Assembly (NCBI GenBank): GCA_937923175.1
Contig: CALALB010000039.1
Location: 4,963-68,962 of the forward strand
DNA length: 64,000 nucleotides
From: an uncultured Chromatiaceae bacterium
GTDB taxonomy: Bacteria; Pseudomonadota; Gammaproteobacteria; Chromatiales; Chromatiaceae
Reading direction: 5' to 3'
Below the pieces are notes generated by a model. It saw only the letters and a list, made by a program, of their open reading frames with translations, did no database searches and was not told the origin of the DNA. Made by a program: the position numbers and the translations under genes. Below, piece after piece: positions 1 to 9,830 of the stretch; position 1 is the stretch's first letter, and the number at the start of each line of letters is the position of its first letter.

Positions 1-1989
1 CTGTATTGCGAGCCGGGTGGCGAGGACCTGGTCACCCAATACGACAAGGATGACGTCGAACAGGTCGGGCTGGTTAAGTTCGATTTTCTGGGTCTGCGCA
101 CCCTCACCATCATCGATTGGGCGCTCAAGACCATCAATACCGAACGCGCAGGGCGCGGCGAGCCGCCCTTGGGCCTCGAGCATATCGACCCGCGCGACCC
201 CAAGGCCTTTGCGATGCTCAAGCGCTGCGAGACGACCGCAGTCTTTCAGCTCGAATCGCGGGGGATGCGCGAGCTGATCAAAAAGCTCCAGCCCGACTGT
301 TTCGATGACATCACCGCCCTGGTGGCCCTATTTCGACCCGGGCCCTTGCAGTCGGGAATGGTCGATGACTTTATCGAACGCAAACATGGGCGTGCCCCCG
401 TGGTTTATCCCCATCCCAGCCTGGAGCCTATCCTGAAATCGACCTATGGCATCATCCTTTATCAGGAGCAGGTGATGCAGATCGCTCAGGTCCTGGCGGG
501 TTATTCGCTGGGGGGGGCCGATATCCTCAGAAGGGCCATGGGCAAGAAAAGGCCCGAGGAGATGGCCAAACAACGGGCAACCTTTGAGTCGGGTGCCGAG
601 GCGCGTGGGGTCGATCGCCAGTTGGCCGCCCAGATCTTCGACCTGATGGAATATTTTTCGGGTTACGGCTTTAACCGCTCGCATTCGGCCGCCTATGCCC
701 TGCTGAGCTATCAGACCCTATGGCTTAAGGCCCATTATCCAGCGGCCTTTATGGCCGCCGTCCTGTCAGCGGATATGGATAATACCGACAAGGTGGTCAC
801 CCTGATCGATGAATGCCGATCCCTAGGGCTTGATGTCGAACCGCCGGCGATCAATCGCTCGGATTATCGATTCAGCGTCTCGGGTGAAAAGACGATTGTT
901 TATGGACTGGGTGCCATCAAGGGGGTCGGTGAATCAGCGATCGAGGTCGTCCTTCAGGCGCGCGCCCAAGGCCCCTTCCGCGACCTCTGGGATCTATGCG
1001 CCCGGGTGGATCTGCAACGGGTCAACCGAAGGGTGCTGGAGTCCCTGATCCGTGCCGGCGCCCTGGATGCGCTCGGTCCCAATCGCGCCACCCTGATGGC
1101 CCATCTGCCCCTGGCCCTGAAGGCCGCTGAACAATACCGCAGTGCCCAGGCGACCGGTCAGGTCGATCTGTTCGGCGCCTCTGGATCGAGTGGTCCGCCG
1201 CGCCCCGATCCCCAGATCGCCGGTGAGCTGCTTCCCGAGTGGGATGATGAAGAACGGCTGCGCGGCGAAAAGGAAACGCTTGGGCTCTATCTCACGGGCC
1301 ATCCGCTTGAACGCTATCGGGATGAGCTGAAGGTGATGGGCTGCACCCCGATTGCGCGTCTTTTGGAAACCGACCGCGAGCTGGAACGCCGTGACCGCGA
1401 GACCGTCATGATTGTCGGCCTGGTCGTCAATGTCCGCCACAGCAAGGGTGGCCGCGGCCGGATGGGTGTGGTGGTTTTGGATGACCGCACGGGTCGTATT
1501 GAGGTCACTGTCTTTTCCGAGCTGTATGAGCAGGTGCGTCAGCTGCTGACAGTGGATCGGATCCTGAGCGTCCGGGGGAGCTTGAGCTTCGATGACTTTC
1601 GTGAGACCTGGTCGGTTCGCGCCGACTCGGTTCGCTCGCTCGAAGAGATGCGGGCTGCCGCTGCCCACTGCCTGCTCCTAAGCCTGGATCTTGCCGATCC
1701 TGCTGACTATGCCGCAGGTCTAGAACGGGTTGAGGCGCTCTATAGGCTACTGGTGAGCTATCGCGAAACCGATCCTCAGCGCAGCCTGCCGATCCGTTTG
1801 CGCTATCGCTGTCCAGGTGCCCAAGGCGAGCTGGCGTTCGACCGCACCTGGCGGGTGAGACCTGCCGACGCCCTGCTGAAAGGGTTGCGCCAATTGCTGG
1901 GGGCAACTGGGGTCAGCCTCTCTTATGAGCGTCCGACCCAGCCGCTTACCCAAACCGAAAACTTACCGCGATTGTCGGCAGTGTCCTGA
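1..1989 (+). CDS. dnaE: DNA polymerase III alpha subunit, C-terminal ~660 aa (5' end outside window)
   Basis: Frame 1 is open from nt 1 (LYCEPGGEDLVTQYDKDDVEQVGLVKFDFLGLRTLTII...) and runs into the 169..1989 ORF. Motifs FDFLGLRTL, FNRSHSAAYALLSYQTLWLKAHYP and an OB-fold-like tail are typical of DnaE. Confidence 0.95.
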   Translation: MYCEPGGEDLVTQYDKDDVEQVGLVKFDFLGLRTLTIIDWALKTINTERAGRGEPPLGLEHIDPRDPKAFAMLKRCETTAVFQLESRGMRELIKKLQPDCFDDITALVALFRPGPLQSGMVDDFIERKHGRAPVVYPHPSLEPILKSTYGIILYQEQVMQIAQVLAGYSLGGADILRRAMGKKRPEEMAKQRATFESGAEARGVDRQLAAQIFDLMEYFSGYGFNRSHSAAYALLSYQTLWLKAHYPAAFMAAVLSADMDNTDKVVTLIDECRSLGLDVEPPAINRSDYRFSVSGEKTIVYGLGAIKGVGESAIEVVLQARAQGPFRDLWDLCARVDLQRVNRRVLESLIRAGALDALGPNRATLMAHLPLALKAAEQYRSAQATGQVDLFGASGSSGPPRPDPQIAGELLPEWDDEERLRGEKETLGLYLTGHPLERYRDELKVMGCTPIARLLETDRELERRDRETVMIVGLVVNVRHSKGGRGRMGVVVLDDRTGRIEVTVFSELYEQVRQLLTVDRILSVRGSLSFDDFRETWSVRADSVRSLEEMRAAAAHCLLLSLDLADPADYAAGLERVEALYRLLVSYRETDPQRSLPIRLRYRCPGAQGELAFDRTWRVRPADALLKGLRQLLGATGVSLSYERPTQPLTQTENLPRLSAVS

Positions 1990-2081
1990 ATGCCCGGGGA
2001 TCGTTGGGGATCTGGCTAGACAGGCATTAACCTCAATGCTTGGCTAGCCTCTGCTCGAAGATGTTGAAAGAGGATTGAGCG

Positions 2082-2639
2082 ATGTCGGATTGGATCAGAG
2101 TATGCCAACAGGCTTTATGCTCGTCCCTCAGCCGACGGCACGGAATCTGGAGGATGTTGGGGGCGCTCGCCCTCGGCCTAAAACCGATCCAGTTGTGTCT
2201 TGCTGCCGACTGGGGCGGGCGGCTGGCCGATGGTGCGCGAATCGAGGTCGATTCGGACACCCGCCGCGCCTGGCGCTTGGAAGAGGGCCGGCGCACCCTA
2301 TTATGGGACGGGGTCCATCATCTGGAGGACGGTTCGATCGTGATCGTGCGGGATGGTGTGGCAGTGCCGACCGAGTCTATGTTACGCGCCTGGGAGACAC
2401 CCCCAGCGCGCCGCCGGGTTGCTGATGAAGTAGATCTTGCCCCTTGTCGCGAGCTGAATGAGCTGGTCTGCGGCCGGGAGGGACAGTGCGCCCAGACCGA
2501 GCCTTGCCGCCTAGCGCGCGAACTGCTGGAGATGGCCCGAGAGACCCTTCCGGCAGAGCTTGAACTTCAAGCAGACAGCTCGGTCGGCAGTCAATGTCGC
2601 GAAGCCTTGGGTAACCCCTTTTTTACACCCTGTCGCTGA
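2082..2639 (+). CDS. hypothetical exported protein (hydrophobic N-terminal segment, several Cys)
   Basis: 185-aa ORF with ATG at 2082 and gagga 8 nt upstream. N-terminal hydrophobic stretch MLGALALGLKPIQLCLAA. No family recognised. Confidence 0.45.
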   Translation: MSDWIRVCQQALCSSLSRRHGIWRMLGALALGLKPIQLCLAADWGGRLADGARIEVDSDTRRAWRLEEGRRTLLWDGVHHLEDGSIVIVRDGVAVPTESMLRAWETPPARRRVADEVDLAPCRELNELVCGREGQCAQTEPCRLARELLEMARETLPAELELQADSSVGSQCREALGNPFFTPCR

Positions 2640-2668
2640 TTGGTGCGCTGGATGGGTGATGAATTCGA

Positions 2669-3238
2669 ATGGAGCCTGTGAAGGTGGCATTGCATCTTAA
2701 GACTCGCTGGAAGGATGAAACCCGCGAACGCTCGTTGCACGATATTGCAAGCGCCCTGGCAACGGTCGTCTGGCGAATCGCCCTGGCCAAGGCCATCAAT
2801 CTGCACTGCGAGCGTTTCGTCTATCGCGATGATGCCCAACGTCTGGCAGTGATTCAGGAATATTTGGTCTTTTTGCTCCAGATCACCGATCGTCTGGCCT
2901 ATGAGTCGCTCCCTGAGCCTGACCGCCGCGTCCTGATCATAGGGCTTGCCAAGCGTCTCTGCGCCCATGTTCAGGACAATGGCGAGGACCTACTCGGTCC
3001 AGGCGATCACGCTGGGGCCTTTATGAACAGGTTGAATGAACGCTCGAACGAGTACGCCGAGTTTCAGCTGACCGATGAGGGTCCAAGCTATGCCTTCTTG
3101 CGTCATCTCGGCCATGTCATCCAAAATCTGATGGGTGAGTCCGATGAAAATCGCTGGGTGATCGATCAGGTCATGGACAAGGACGGTTGGGAGGCCTATG
3201 AGGACCTCAGGTGTGCCTATCACAACCTTTTGGGATGA
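2669..3238 (+). CDS. hypothetical protein
   Basis: 189-aa ORF on the same strand, 30 nt after the previous gene. Composition looks coding. No family recognised. Confidence 0.5.
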   Translation: MEPVKVALHLKTRWKDETRERSLHDIASALATVVWRIALAKAINLHCERFVYRDDAQRLAVIQEYLVFLLQITDRLAYESLPEPDRRVLIIGLAKRLCAHVQDNGEDLLGPGDHAGAFMNRLNERSNEYAEFQLTDEGPSYAFLRHLGHVIQNLMGESDENRWVIDQVMDKDGWEAYEDLRCAYHNLLG

Positions 3239-3432
3239 GTTCAGTCTTGCATTTCACCCAGCTACAGGCGATGATCGGCCTGCCGTCGCCCGTCTCGTGA
3301 TTCGATCAGGTGCCCCAAGAGACGTCCCAGCGACGTGTTCAAATCAGCAGCCCTCGCAGGCGCTCATCTGCAAATCTCTCGACCCCTGGACTGCCCTGGG
3401 TACAGGCGGTCAATCCATGGAGAACTCGAGGT

Positions 3433-3789
3433 ATGGTCTTAAAGATCAGCGGCGATATGCTCGCGCTGGATGCCGCTATCCGTCATCAGATCGAAACAGA
3501 AACCCGCAAACTCATGGAGCGTTTCCCCGACGAACTGATCGAGCCTCAGTTTCATATCCAGGAGGAATTCGATCCCTTGCGCGGTCACCGCGTGTGTTGT
3601 GAGCTCAGCGCTAAGCTCGGCTCTGGCCAACAGATGGTGATGCGCGAGGCGCGTAAATCGCCTCAAGAAGCCATTGCCGAGGTCTTTCAGGCTGCGCACC
3701 AGACCCTACGCCGGCTGCGCCGCCAACGCGCCGCTACCCCTGCCCCTTCCGCCATGCCCGTGACTGCAGGCGCTCAGCTTGCCCGCTGA
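3433..3789 (+). CDS. HPF/RaiA-family ribosome-associated protein (sigma54-modulation-protein-like)
   Basis: Internal ATG at 3433 preceded by GGAG. MVLKISGDMLALDAAIRHQIETETRKLMERF...EAIAEVFQAAHQTLRRLRRQR follows the HPF/YfiA pattern (M.l.isG...l..alr..ie.k..kl.r.f ... Ai......l.rql.r). The upstream part of the 3310 ORF is Arg/Ser-rich and looks non-coding. Confidence 0.55.
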   Translation: MVLKISGDMLALDAAIRHQIETETRKLMERFPDELIEPQFHIQEEFDPLRGHRVCCELSAKLGSGQQMVMREARKSPQEAIAEVFQAAHQTLRRLRRQRAATPAPSAMPVTAGAQLAR

Positions 3790-3914
3790 AGGGGGCACCT
3801 TGAGGCCCAGGCAATGGGTCTAAATGGTTTCAATCAATACAGTCTCATCCCCGGCAGGGTTGGCCCGATGCCTTGTCCCTGCCGTTCGTCAATCCGATCG
3901 ATGAGGAATCTCCC

Positions 3915-4835
3915 ATGAAGGTTGCGATCATCGGCGGGACCGGCTTTGTCGGCCTATATATTACCCGTCAACTTCTAGCCGAGGGTCATGTCCCGCGCCT
4001 GTTGGTGCGCCCAGGCAGTGAGCATAAGGTTGCCGATCACGCTGCTTGCGAGATCGTCCGCGGCGAGGTAAGGGACCTTGCGGCATTGGTCGAATGCGTG
4101 CGTGGCTGCGATGCGGTGATCTATCTGATCGGCCTGCTGCGCGAGTTTCCGGCGCGCGGGATCACCTTTGAGGCCATGCATTATCAGGGGGTGGTCGATA
4201 CCATTGCCGCGGCTCAGGAGAATTGCGTCAGGCGTTTTATCTTAATGAGCGCCAATGGTGTGCGTCCGGATGGCACGGCCTATCAGCGAACCAAGTATCG
4301 CGCCGAGGAGGCGCTGAAGGGCTCAGGTCTCGAATGGACTATCTTTCGCCCCTCGGTGATCTTTGGCAATCCCGAGGGACGGATGGAGTTCTGCTCGCAG
4401 CTTAAAAAGGAGATCATCGACAGCCCCTTTCCGGCGCCCTTATTCTTCGATGGCCTCCTGCCGACCAAGGCCGGGCTCTTTGAGCTCGCGCCGGTGAGCG
4501 TCGAGGATGTCGCCAAGGCATTTGTCATGGCCCTAACCGAGCCGCGCACCGAGTCTCAGATCTATCCGCTGTGCGGTCCAGAGCGGCTAAGTTGGAAGGC
4601 GATCCTCATCACTATCGCTGCAGCCTGTGGGCGCACCAAGCCGATGGTGCCGGCGCCGGTCCTGCCGATTAAGCTTGCGGCTGGACTCCTCGATCGCTTC
4701 CCCTGGTTTCCGGTCACCCGCGATCAGCTCCAGATGCTCCTAGAGGGCAATGTCTGCACCGGCAATGACAGCTTTGCCCGCTTAGGCCTGACCCCGACCC
4801 GTTTTGGGGTCGAGCAGCTTGGCTATCTGCGATAG
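3915..4835 (+). CDS. NAD(P)H-binding SDR-type protein (NDUFA9 / NmrA-like epimerase family)
   Basis: ATG 3915 with gaggaa upstream. Rossmann motif MKVAIIGGTGFVGLYI near the N-terminus; length is about 306 aa. Confidence 0.8.
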   Translation: MKVAIIGGTGFVGLYITRQLLAEGHVPRLLVRPGSEHKVADHAACEIVRGEVRDLAALVECVRGCDAVIYLIGLLREFPARGITFEAMHYQGVVDTIAAAQENCVRRFILMSANGVRPDGTAYQRTKYRAEEALKGSGLEWTIFRPSVIFGNPEGRMEFCSQLKKEIIDSPFPAPLFFDGLLPTKAGLFELAPVSVEDVAKAFVMALTEPRTESQIYPLCGPERLSWKAILITIAAACGRTKPMVPAPVLPIKLAAGLLDRFPWFPVTRDQLQMLLEGNVCTGNDSFARLGLTPTRFGVEQLGYLR

Positions 4836-6115
4836 CCGATGATCAGGTCCATGACATTGGTGCCGGTGGGGCCGGTGTGGATTAGATCGCCGCTGGCCTC
4901 AAGGAAACGTCCGGCATCGCAGCGCTCGAGACAGCGGCAGGCATCGAGCCCCGCCAGCTCACCCCGCTCGACCGTTTGCCCATCGACCAGGGCGCCGGCA
5001 TCCTCGGTTGGGCCATCGGTGCCATCGGTCCCAAGGCACAGCAGCCAGCAGTCAGGATCGCCGGCCAGTTCGATGGCCGCCGCGAGTGCCAGATGTTGAT
5101 TGCGTCCGCCCCGACCGGGTCGCTCAGGCAAGCGCACCGTTGTTTCCCCGCCCCAAAGATAGATGCCTGGGCTGCCAGCCATGAGTTGGCGAGCGAGGCG
5201 CCGGCCTGTTTCTGCAGCATCCCCAGTCAAAGGGGTCGGTGATTGCCAGACGGGCAACCCCTGGGCGCAGGCGCTGGCAGCGATCGCCTCCTGGGCCTGG
5301 GCCGAGCTAGCGACGAGCTCAAACCGGGGCCCAGTTGGAGGCAAGGGGGGACGCCCTGCCAACCCTTGCTCGATCCAAGACCTCAGCCAAGGGGGTAGGA
5401 CAAGAGATTGCAACGCCGCGGCAAGATCGGTCACGGGGACCAGGGGCCCAGAGCCGATGAGTTCCGGTCGATCGCCTGGCACATCCGAGATCGCCAGTTG
5501 CCGAATCCGCCGCCCCTTCAGATGACTCAATAGACCGCCGCCCTTGATCTGCGAGATGGCCTGGCGTACCCGGTTGATCGCGCTGATCGGCAGACCGCTG
5601 CCGAGCAACCAGCGATTGATTGCCTGGAGCTCAGCGAGTCCAAGTCCTGGGATCGGCACCTCGATCAATGCCGAGGCGCCGCCGGAGAGTAAACATAGAA
5701 CCTGGGTTTCAGCGGAGAGTTGATCCAGGGATTCCAGAAGCCGTCTGCCTGCAGCCAGGCTTGCAGCATCGGGCAGGGGGTGGCCGGCAAACCAGACCTC
5801 GATCCCGGCTCGCTCAAAGCCTTGGGGATCGGCGTGACCGACCTTGGTCACCAGCAGGCCACCTTGACATCGCTCGCCCAGCACCGCCAACGCGCCCTCG
5901 GTCATGGATGGGGCTGCCTTGCCGATGGCAGCGATCCAGATTGGGCCCTCGGGCAGCGCCTGCTGGGCCAAGGCGCTTTTGACCGCCTGCTCACCCTTGA
6001 CAGACTCTAGCCCAGCGTGCGCCAGCCCCAGCAGCAGGGGGCGCGGATCATCCGTGGGACCCCCGCGCCGGTGGGGATGGATTGCCGCGCTTTGCTCAGA
6101 TCCACTATGATACAT
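4823..6115 (-). CDS. glycerate 2-kinase / hydroxypyruvate reductase-like protein (DUF4147 + MOFRL family)
   Basis: 430-aa ORF with C-terminal LGTDGTDGPTEDAGALVDG, characteristic of MOFRL glycerate kinases. ATG confirmed at 6115. Confidence 0.8.
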   Translation of the reverse strand: MYHSGSEQSAAIHPHRRGGPTDDPRPLLLGLAHAGLESVKGEQAVKSALAQQALPEGPIWIAAIGKAAPSMTEGALAVLGERCQGGLLVTKVGHADPQGFERAGIEVWFAGHPLPDAASLAAGRRLLESLDQLSAETQVLCLLSGGASALIEVPIPGLGLAELQAINRWLLGSGLPISAINRVRQAISQIKGGGLLSHLKGRRIRQLAISDVPGDRPELIGSGPLVPVTDLAAALQSLVLPPWLRSWIEQGLAGRPPLPPTGPRFELVASSAQAQEAIAASACAQGLPVWQSPTPLTGDAAETGRRLARQLMAGSPGIYLWGGETTVRLPERPGRGGRNQHLALAAAIELAGDPDCWLLCLGTDGTDGPTEDAGALVDGQTVERGELAGLDACRCLERCDAGRFLEASGDLIHTGPTGTNVMDLIIGYRR

Positions 6116-6139
6116 TCAAGCCCGCAATGCCTGCGCCGA

Positions 6140-6394
6140 ATGGAGTTGCCGATGCCACTCTGTGCTCAATGCGATCGCCCCCTGCATCCGTTCTTGCTGG
6201 CAACGCTTTTTACTGGTTTGGTTACCTATCTGAGCTGGTCAGCGCTTGGGCTGATGTCAATCAGCCCAGCTCAGCGCTTAAGCGGAGCGCTGGCAACCTT
6301 CGTCGTGGTTATGGCCGTGCTCTTTGCCGCCGTCATCCGTTGTCTGCAACGCCATTGCTGGGACAAGCAGGATATTACCCAAGGGCCTCCCTGA
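6140..6394 (+). CDS. small two-TM membrane protein with CxxC (hypothetical)
   Basis: 84 aa from the internal ATG at 6140 (MELPMPLCAQCDRPLHPFLLATLFTGLVTYL...). Two hydrophobic helices. Only 24 nt separate it from the divergent glycerate kinase start, so it is uncertain. Confidence 0.3.
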   Translation: MELPMPLCAQCDRPLHPFLLATLFTGLVTYLSWSALGLMSISPAQRLSGALATFVVVMAVLFAAVIRCLQRHCWDKQDITQGPP

Positions 6395-6399
6395 GGTGT

Positions 6400-7080
6400 T
6401 CAGGGTATCACCCGCGTCACCCGATCGCGGAGATAAACCGGCAAGGCCTGGCTCGCCTCGACCCAACCCCCAGCGGCATATTCGGCCGCGGCGAGACGCG
6501 CGATATCCTCGGCCTCGCAGATCGCCTCGGGATTGGTGCCGGTTAGCGCTATCCCCAGCCGTTCGGCCAGCAGCTGACCATAGACGCCCCAGCCCGAGCC
6601 AGCCCCATACCAGCCATCGTCTGCCGGCCGCTCCACCTCCTCCGGATTGCAGACCCTTTCCTCGCCCTGGGGCAAGGCCAGGTCGGCAGGACCGATCTCA
6701 TAGCAGCCCCAATAGACCTCATCCATCCGGGCATCCAAGGCTGCCAGGATGCGGCGATGACCTGAACGCCTGAATTCGCCTTGGGCGAGGGCAGCCAGCG
6801 TCGAGATCGGCACGACCGGCAGATCCGCCCCGAATGCTGCGCCCTGGATCACGGCGGCTGCAATCCGCACCCCGGTAAAGGATCCCGGCCCGCGGCCAAA
6901 GGCCAAGGCATCGAGATCCCGCAGTTCCAGACCTGCCTGGCTGAGCAGACTGCGCATCATCCCCAGGATCAACTCGCTATGCCGTCTGGGGGTCAGGGCA
7001 ATCTGCTGGATGAGCGCATTCTCGACCAAGAGCGCCGCCGAGCAGGCAGGACCAGAGGTGTCGATCGCCAGGAGCCTCAT
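6400..7080 (-). CDS. tsaB: tRNA threonylcarbamoyladenosine biosynthesis protein TsaB (YeaZ)
   Basis: MRLLAIDTSGPACSAALL N-terminus and 226-aa length. Its start overlaps the prlC stop (ATGA at 7077-7080). Confidence 0.85.
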   Translation of the reverse strand: MRLLAIDTSGPACSAALLVENALIQQIALTPRRHSELILGMMRSLLSQAGLELRDLDALAFGRGPGSFTGVRIAAAVIQGAAFGADLPVVPISTLAALAQGEFRRSGHRRILAALDARMDEVYWGCYEIGPADLALPQGEERVCNPEEVERPADDGWYGAGSGWGVYGQLLAERLGIALTGTNPEAICEAEDIARLAAAEYAAGGWVEASQALPVYLRDRVTRVIP

Positions 7081-9116
7081 GCGTCTTCGGCAATGATCCC
7101 GCTATGGCGCAATAGGGCGTCGATCCTAGGGGGGCGTCCGCGAAAACGGATAAAGAGTTCCATCGCATCCTCAGAGCCGCCCTTTTCTAGGATGTTCTCC
7201 AAAAAGGACCGGCCGGCGGCCGGATCAAAGATCCCGCGTTCCTCGAAGAGCGAAAAGGCATCAGCGGATAGAACCTCAGCCCATTTGTAGCTGTAATATC
7301 CAGCCGCATAACCGCCGGCAAAGATATGCGAAAAGCTATGGGCAAAACGATGGAATGGCGGCGGCTGGATCACCGCGACCCGATCGCGGACCTGGGCCAG
7401 GATCTCCTCAATCCGGCCGCCGCGCTGGGGGTCGTATTCCAGATGCAGCCGAAAGTCGAACAGGGCAAACTCGAGTTGCCTGACCATCTGCATCGCTGAC
7501 TGAAAGTTCTTGGCGGCGATCATCCGCTGAAACATCCCCTCAGGCAGGGGCTCGCCGGTTTCCCAATGCGCAGCGATGAGCTCCAGGGAGGCGCGCTCCC
7601 AACACCAGTTCTCCATGAATTGGCTAGGGAGCTCGACCGCATCCCAGGGCACGCCATTGATCCCAGCGACCCCCGGATAATCGACCCGGGTCAGCAGATG
7701 ATGCAGACCATGACCAAACTCATGGAACAGGGTCAAGACCTCCTCATGGGTCAGCAGGGAAGGGCGATCGCCGACCGGTGGGGTGAAATTACAGACTAGA
7801 TAGGCCACCGGGATCTGGTCATAGCGGCTGGTATGCATCCGGTTGGCATAGGCATCCATCCAGGCCCCACCGCGTTTGTTGGGGCGCGCGAATGGATCCA
7901 GATAAAACTGACCGCGCAATTCTCGGCTATGGGCATCCCGAATCTCGAAGAACCTGACATCAGGATGATAAGTGGGAAAGGAGGCAACCTCTTGGATCTC
8001 GATCCCAAACAGGCGCTTGACGATCGCAAACAGACCCTGCAAGACCCGGTCGATCGGGAAATAGGGGCGTAGCTCCTCTTGACTGATCTGATAGCGATGG
8101 ACGCGTAGCCTTTCCGAATAATAGGCGATGTCCCAGGGCTCGAGCCGCTCGACCCCATAATGGGTGCGGGCGAATGATTCTAGCTCGGCGAGTTCGCGCC
8201 GCGCCTGGGGCACTGAGCGGGCAGCTAGATCCTCAAGGAAACCCATCACCTCTTGCGGCGAACGCGCCATCTTGGTCGCCAACGAGCGCTCGGCATAGTT
8301 GGCAAACCCCAACAACTGGGCGAGCTCGTGGCGCAGCGCCAGGATCCGTTCCATGAGCGGGCCATTGTCCCAGCGCCCAGCATGCGGCCCCTGATCCGAG
8401 GCGCGGGTGCCATAGGCCTCATAGAGCTCAAACCTAAGATCCCGATCCTCGGCATAGGTCATGACCGGCAGATAGCAAGGCATATCCAGGGTCAGGACCC
8501 AGCCGTCCAGCCCGCGCTGTTCGGAATTCTGACGCGCCAGCACCAGGGCTGACTCAGGGAGTCCAGCCAGCCGACCCCCGTCTTGGAGATGCTTGCTCCA
8601 GGCATTGGTCGCATCCAAGACATTTTCCGCATATTTGCTGGCCAGTTGCGCCAATTCCTGGCTGATCGCCTTAAAGCGCTCCTGTTGCTTAGGGGGTAGA
8701 TCGACGCCTGCCAGATGAAAATCGCGCAGGATGTTTTCCAGGAATCTGCGCTGGGCCGGATCCAGGTGTTCTTGGGCGGCGACGGCGCGATAGGCGCGAA
8801 ACAACGCCTCGTTTTGCCCGACCTCGGTGCTATAGGCGCTGAGCTTGGGCAAACAGGCATTGTAGGCAGCACGCAGCGGCTCGCTGTTAAGCACGGCATT
8901 GAGATGGGCGACCGGGGACCAGGTGCGATCGAGTCGGTCATTGACCTCATCGAGCGGCTCGACAAAGCCCTCCCAGGTCGGTATCTCGACCTCCCGGGTT
9001 AGGCGTTCGATAGCAGCGCGACATTCGGCCAGCCGCGCCTCGAGAGCAGGCTCGACATGTTCAGGAAGGATACGGTCAAAGGCCGGTAGGCCTGGCTCAA
9101 GCAATGGGTTCGACAT
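7077..9116 (-). CDS. prlC: oligopeptidase A (M3 family zinc metallopeptidase)
   Basis: 679 aa with the HEFGHGLHH zinc motif. Overall layout resembles PrlC. Confidence 0.9.
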   Translation of the reverse strand: MSNPLLEPGLPAFDRILPEHVEPALEARLAECRAAIERLTREVEIPTWEGFVEPLDEVNDRLDRTWSPVAHLNAVLNSEPLRAAYNACLPKLSAYSTEVGQNEALFRAYRAVAAQEHLDPAQRRFLENILRDFHLAGVDLPPKQQERFKAISQELAQLASKYAENVLDATNAWSKHLQDGGRLAGLPESALVLARQNSEQRGLDGWVLTLDMPCYLPVMTYAEDRDLRFELYEAYGTRASDQGPHAGRWDNGPLMERILALRHELAQLLGFANYAERSLATKMARSPQEVMGFLEDLAARSVPQARRELAELESFARTHYGVERLEPWDIAYYSERLRVHRYQISQEELRPYFPIDRVLQGLFAIVKRLFGIEIQEVASFPTYHPDVRFFEIRDAHSRELRGQFYLDPFARPNKRGGAWMDAYANRMHTSRYDQIPVAYLVCNFTPPVGDRPSLLTHEEVLTLFHEFGHGLHHLLTRVDYPGVAGINGVPWDAVELPSQFMENWCWERASLELIAAHWETGEPLPEGMFQRMIAAKNFQSAMQMVRQLEFALFDFRLHLEYDPQRGGRIEEILAQVRDRVAVIQPPPFHRFAHSFSHIFAGGYAAGYYSYKWAEVLSADAFSLFEERGIFDPAAGRSFLENILEKGGSEDAMELFIRFRGRPPRIDALLRHSGIIAEDA

Positions 9117-9160
9117 CTAGCTTCCGTAATTTTTGGGTTGGGGAGAGGGTATTTTTCGAC

Positions 9161-9742
9161 CTATTCGGAGAGTAAACTGTTGCCCTGCCTGACCCTGACT
9201 TGGCCTGACAGCGAATCCTTGATTTCGGCAGCCGAGCGGGGTTTAAAGAGCTGGGGGAGGCAGAGATGATGCCGCCACAGCTCGATGCGATAGGCCTCGC
9301 TGTCCGGCCCGATCTGCTGCCAGTCCTGGTCGACAGGGACAAATCCGCGCTCAGTCCCATAGGCAAAGACCCTATATTGGCCACGCGCTAGGCAGCGGAT
9401 CCCCTCAAACGCCAGATTGGATGCACCTGAGCTGGAACGGATGACCATGGTGTAGCGTACCACCTCATCCTTTCCGACGCGCAAAGACCGACTGTCGACG
9501 AAATAACGCAACTCTGGGTTCTGCCCAGCGAGTCTCAGCTCGATGAGATCCGCCTCCTGGGGCAAAGGCGGCAGGTGTAGCGGATCCTCACTCCAAGGTG
9601 CCGGTGGCCTGAAGGTAGAAGGAGCCAGGGCATCTGGCTCTTGGAGCAAGGGGCTATCCGCATTGGCTAGGGGGATCAGAAGAACGACCAGCCAAGCAGT
9701 CGGATTGATGCGTATCTGACCGATAGGACGAGGTAGGGGCAT
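9161..9742 (-). CDS. exported hypothetical protein, possibly CNP1-like family
   Basis: 193 aa with an N-terminal hydrophobic signal (WLVVLLIPLANA). The YFVDSRSLRVGKDEVVRYT segment resembles CNP1-like lipoproteins, a weak call from memory. Confidence 0.5.
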   Translation of the reverse strand: MPLPRPIGQIRINPTAWLVVLLIPLANADSPLLQEPDALAPSTFRPPAPWSEDPLHLPPLPQEADLIELRLAGQNPELRYFVDSRSLRVGKDEVVRYTMVIRSSSGASNLAFEGIRCLARGQYRVFAYGTERGFVPVDQDWQQIGPDSEAYRIELWRHHLCLPQLFKPRSAAEIKDSLSGQVRVRQGNSLLSE

Positions 9743-9830
9743 GGGGTTTGGTTCGGGCTAACCTCAGGCGGCGGGGGTGATCACTCTAGGTAAACAAGAT
9801 CGATTCTACAGAATGCACTGACTATCCGCG

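Noticed and set aside
994-1668. 224-aa minus-strand ORF inside dnaE. Similar long ORFs lie antisense to genes at 13599-14384, 26281-26997, 35973-36623, 49644-50156 and 61531-62079.
   Set aside because: These are shadow ORFs typical of high-GC coding DNA. They are Arg/Gly/Pro/Ala-rich with no recognisable motifs, and each lies fully within a gene that has strong family signatures on the other strand.
6324-6773. 149-aa Pro/Arg-rich plus-strand ORF.
   Set aside because: It lies antisense to tsaB and has low-complexity composition, so it is a shadow ORF.
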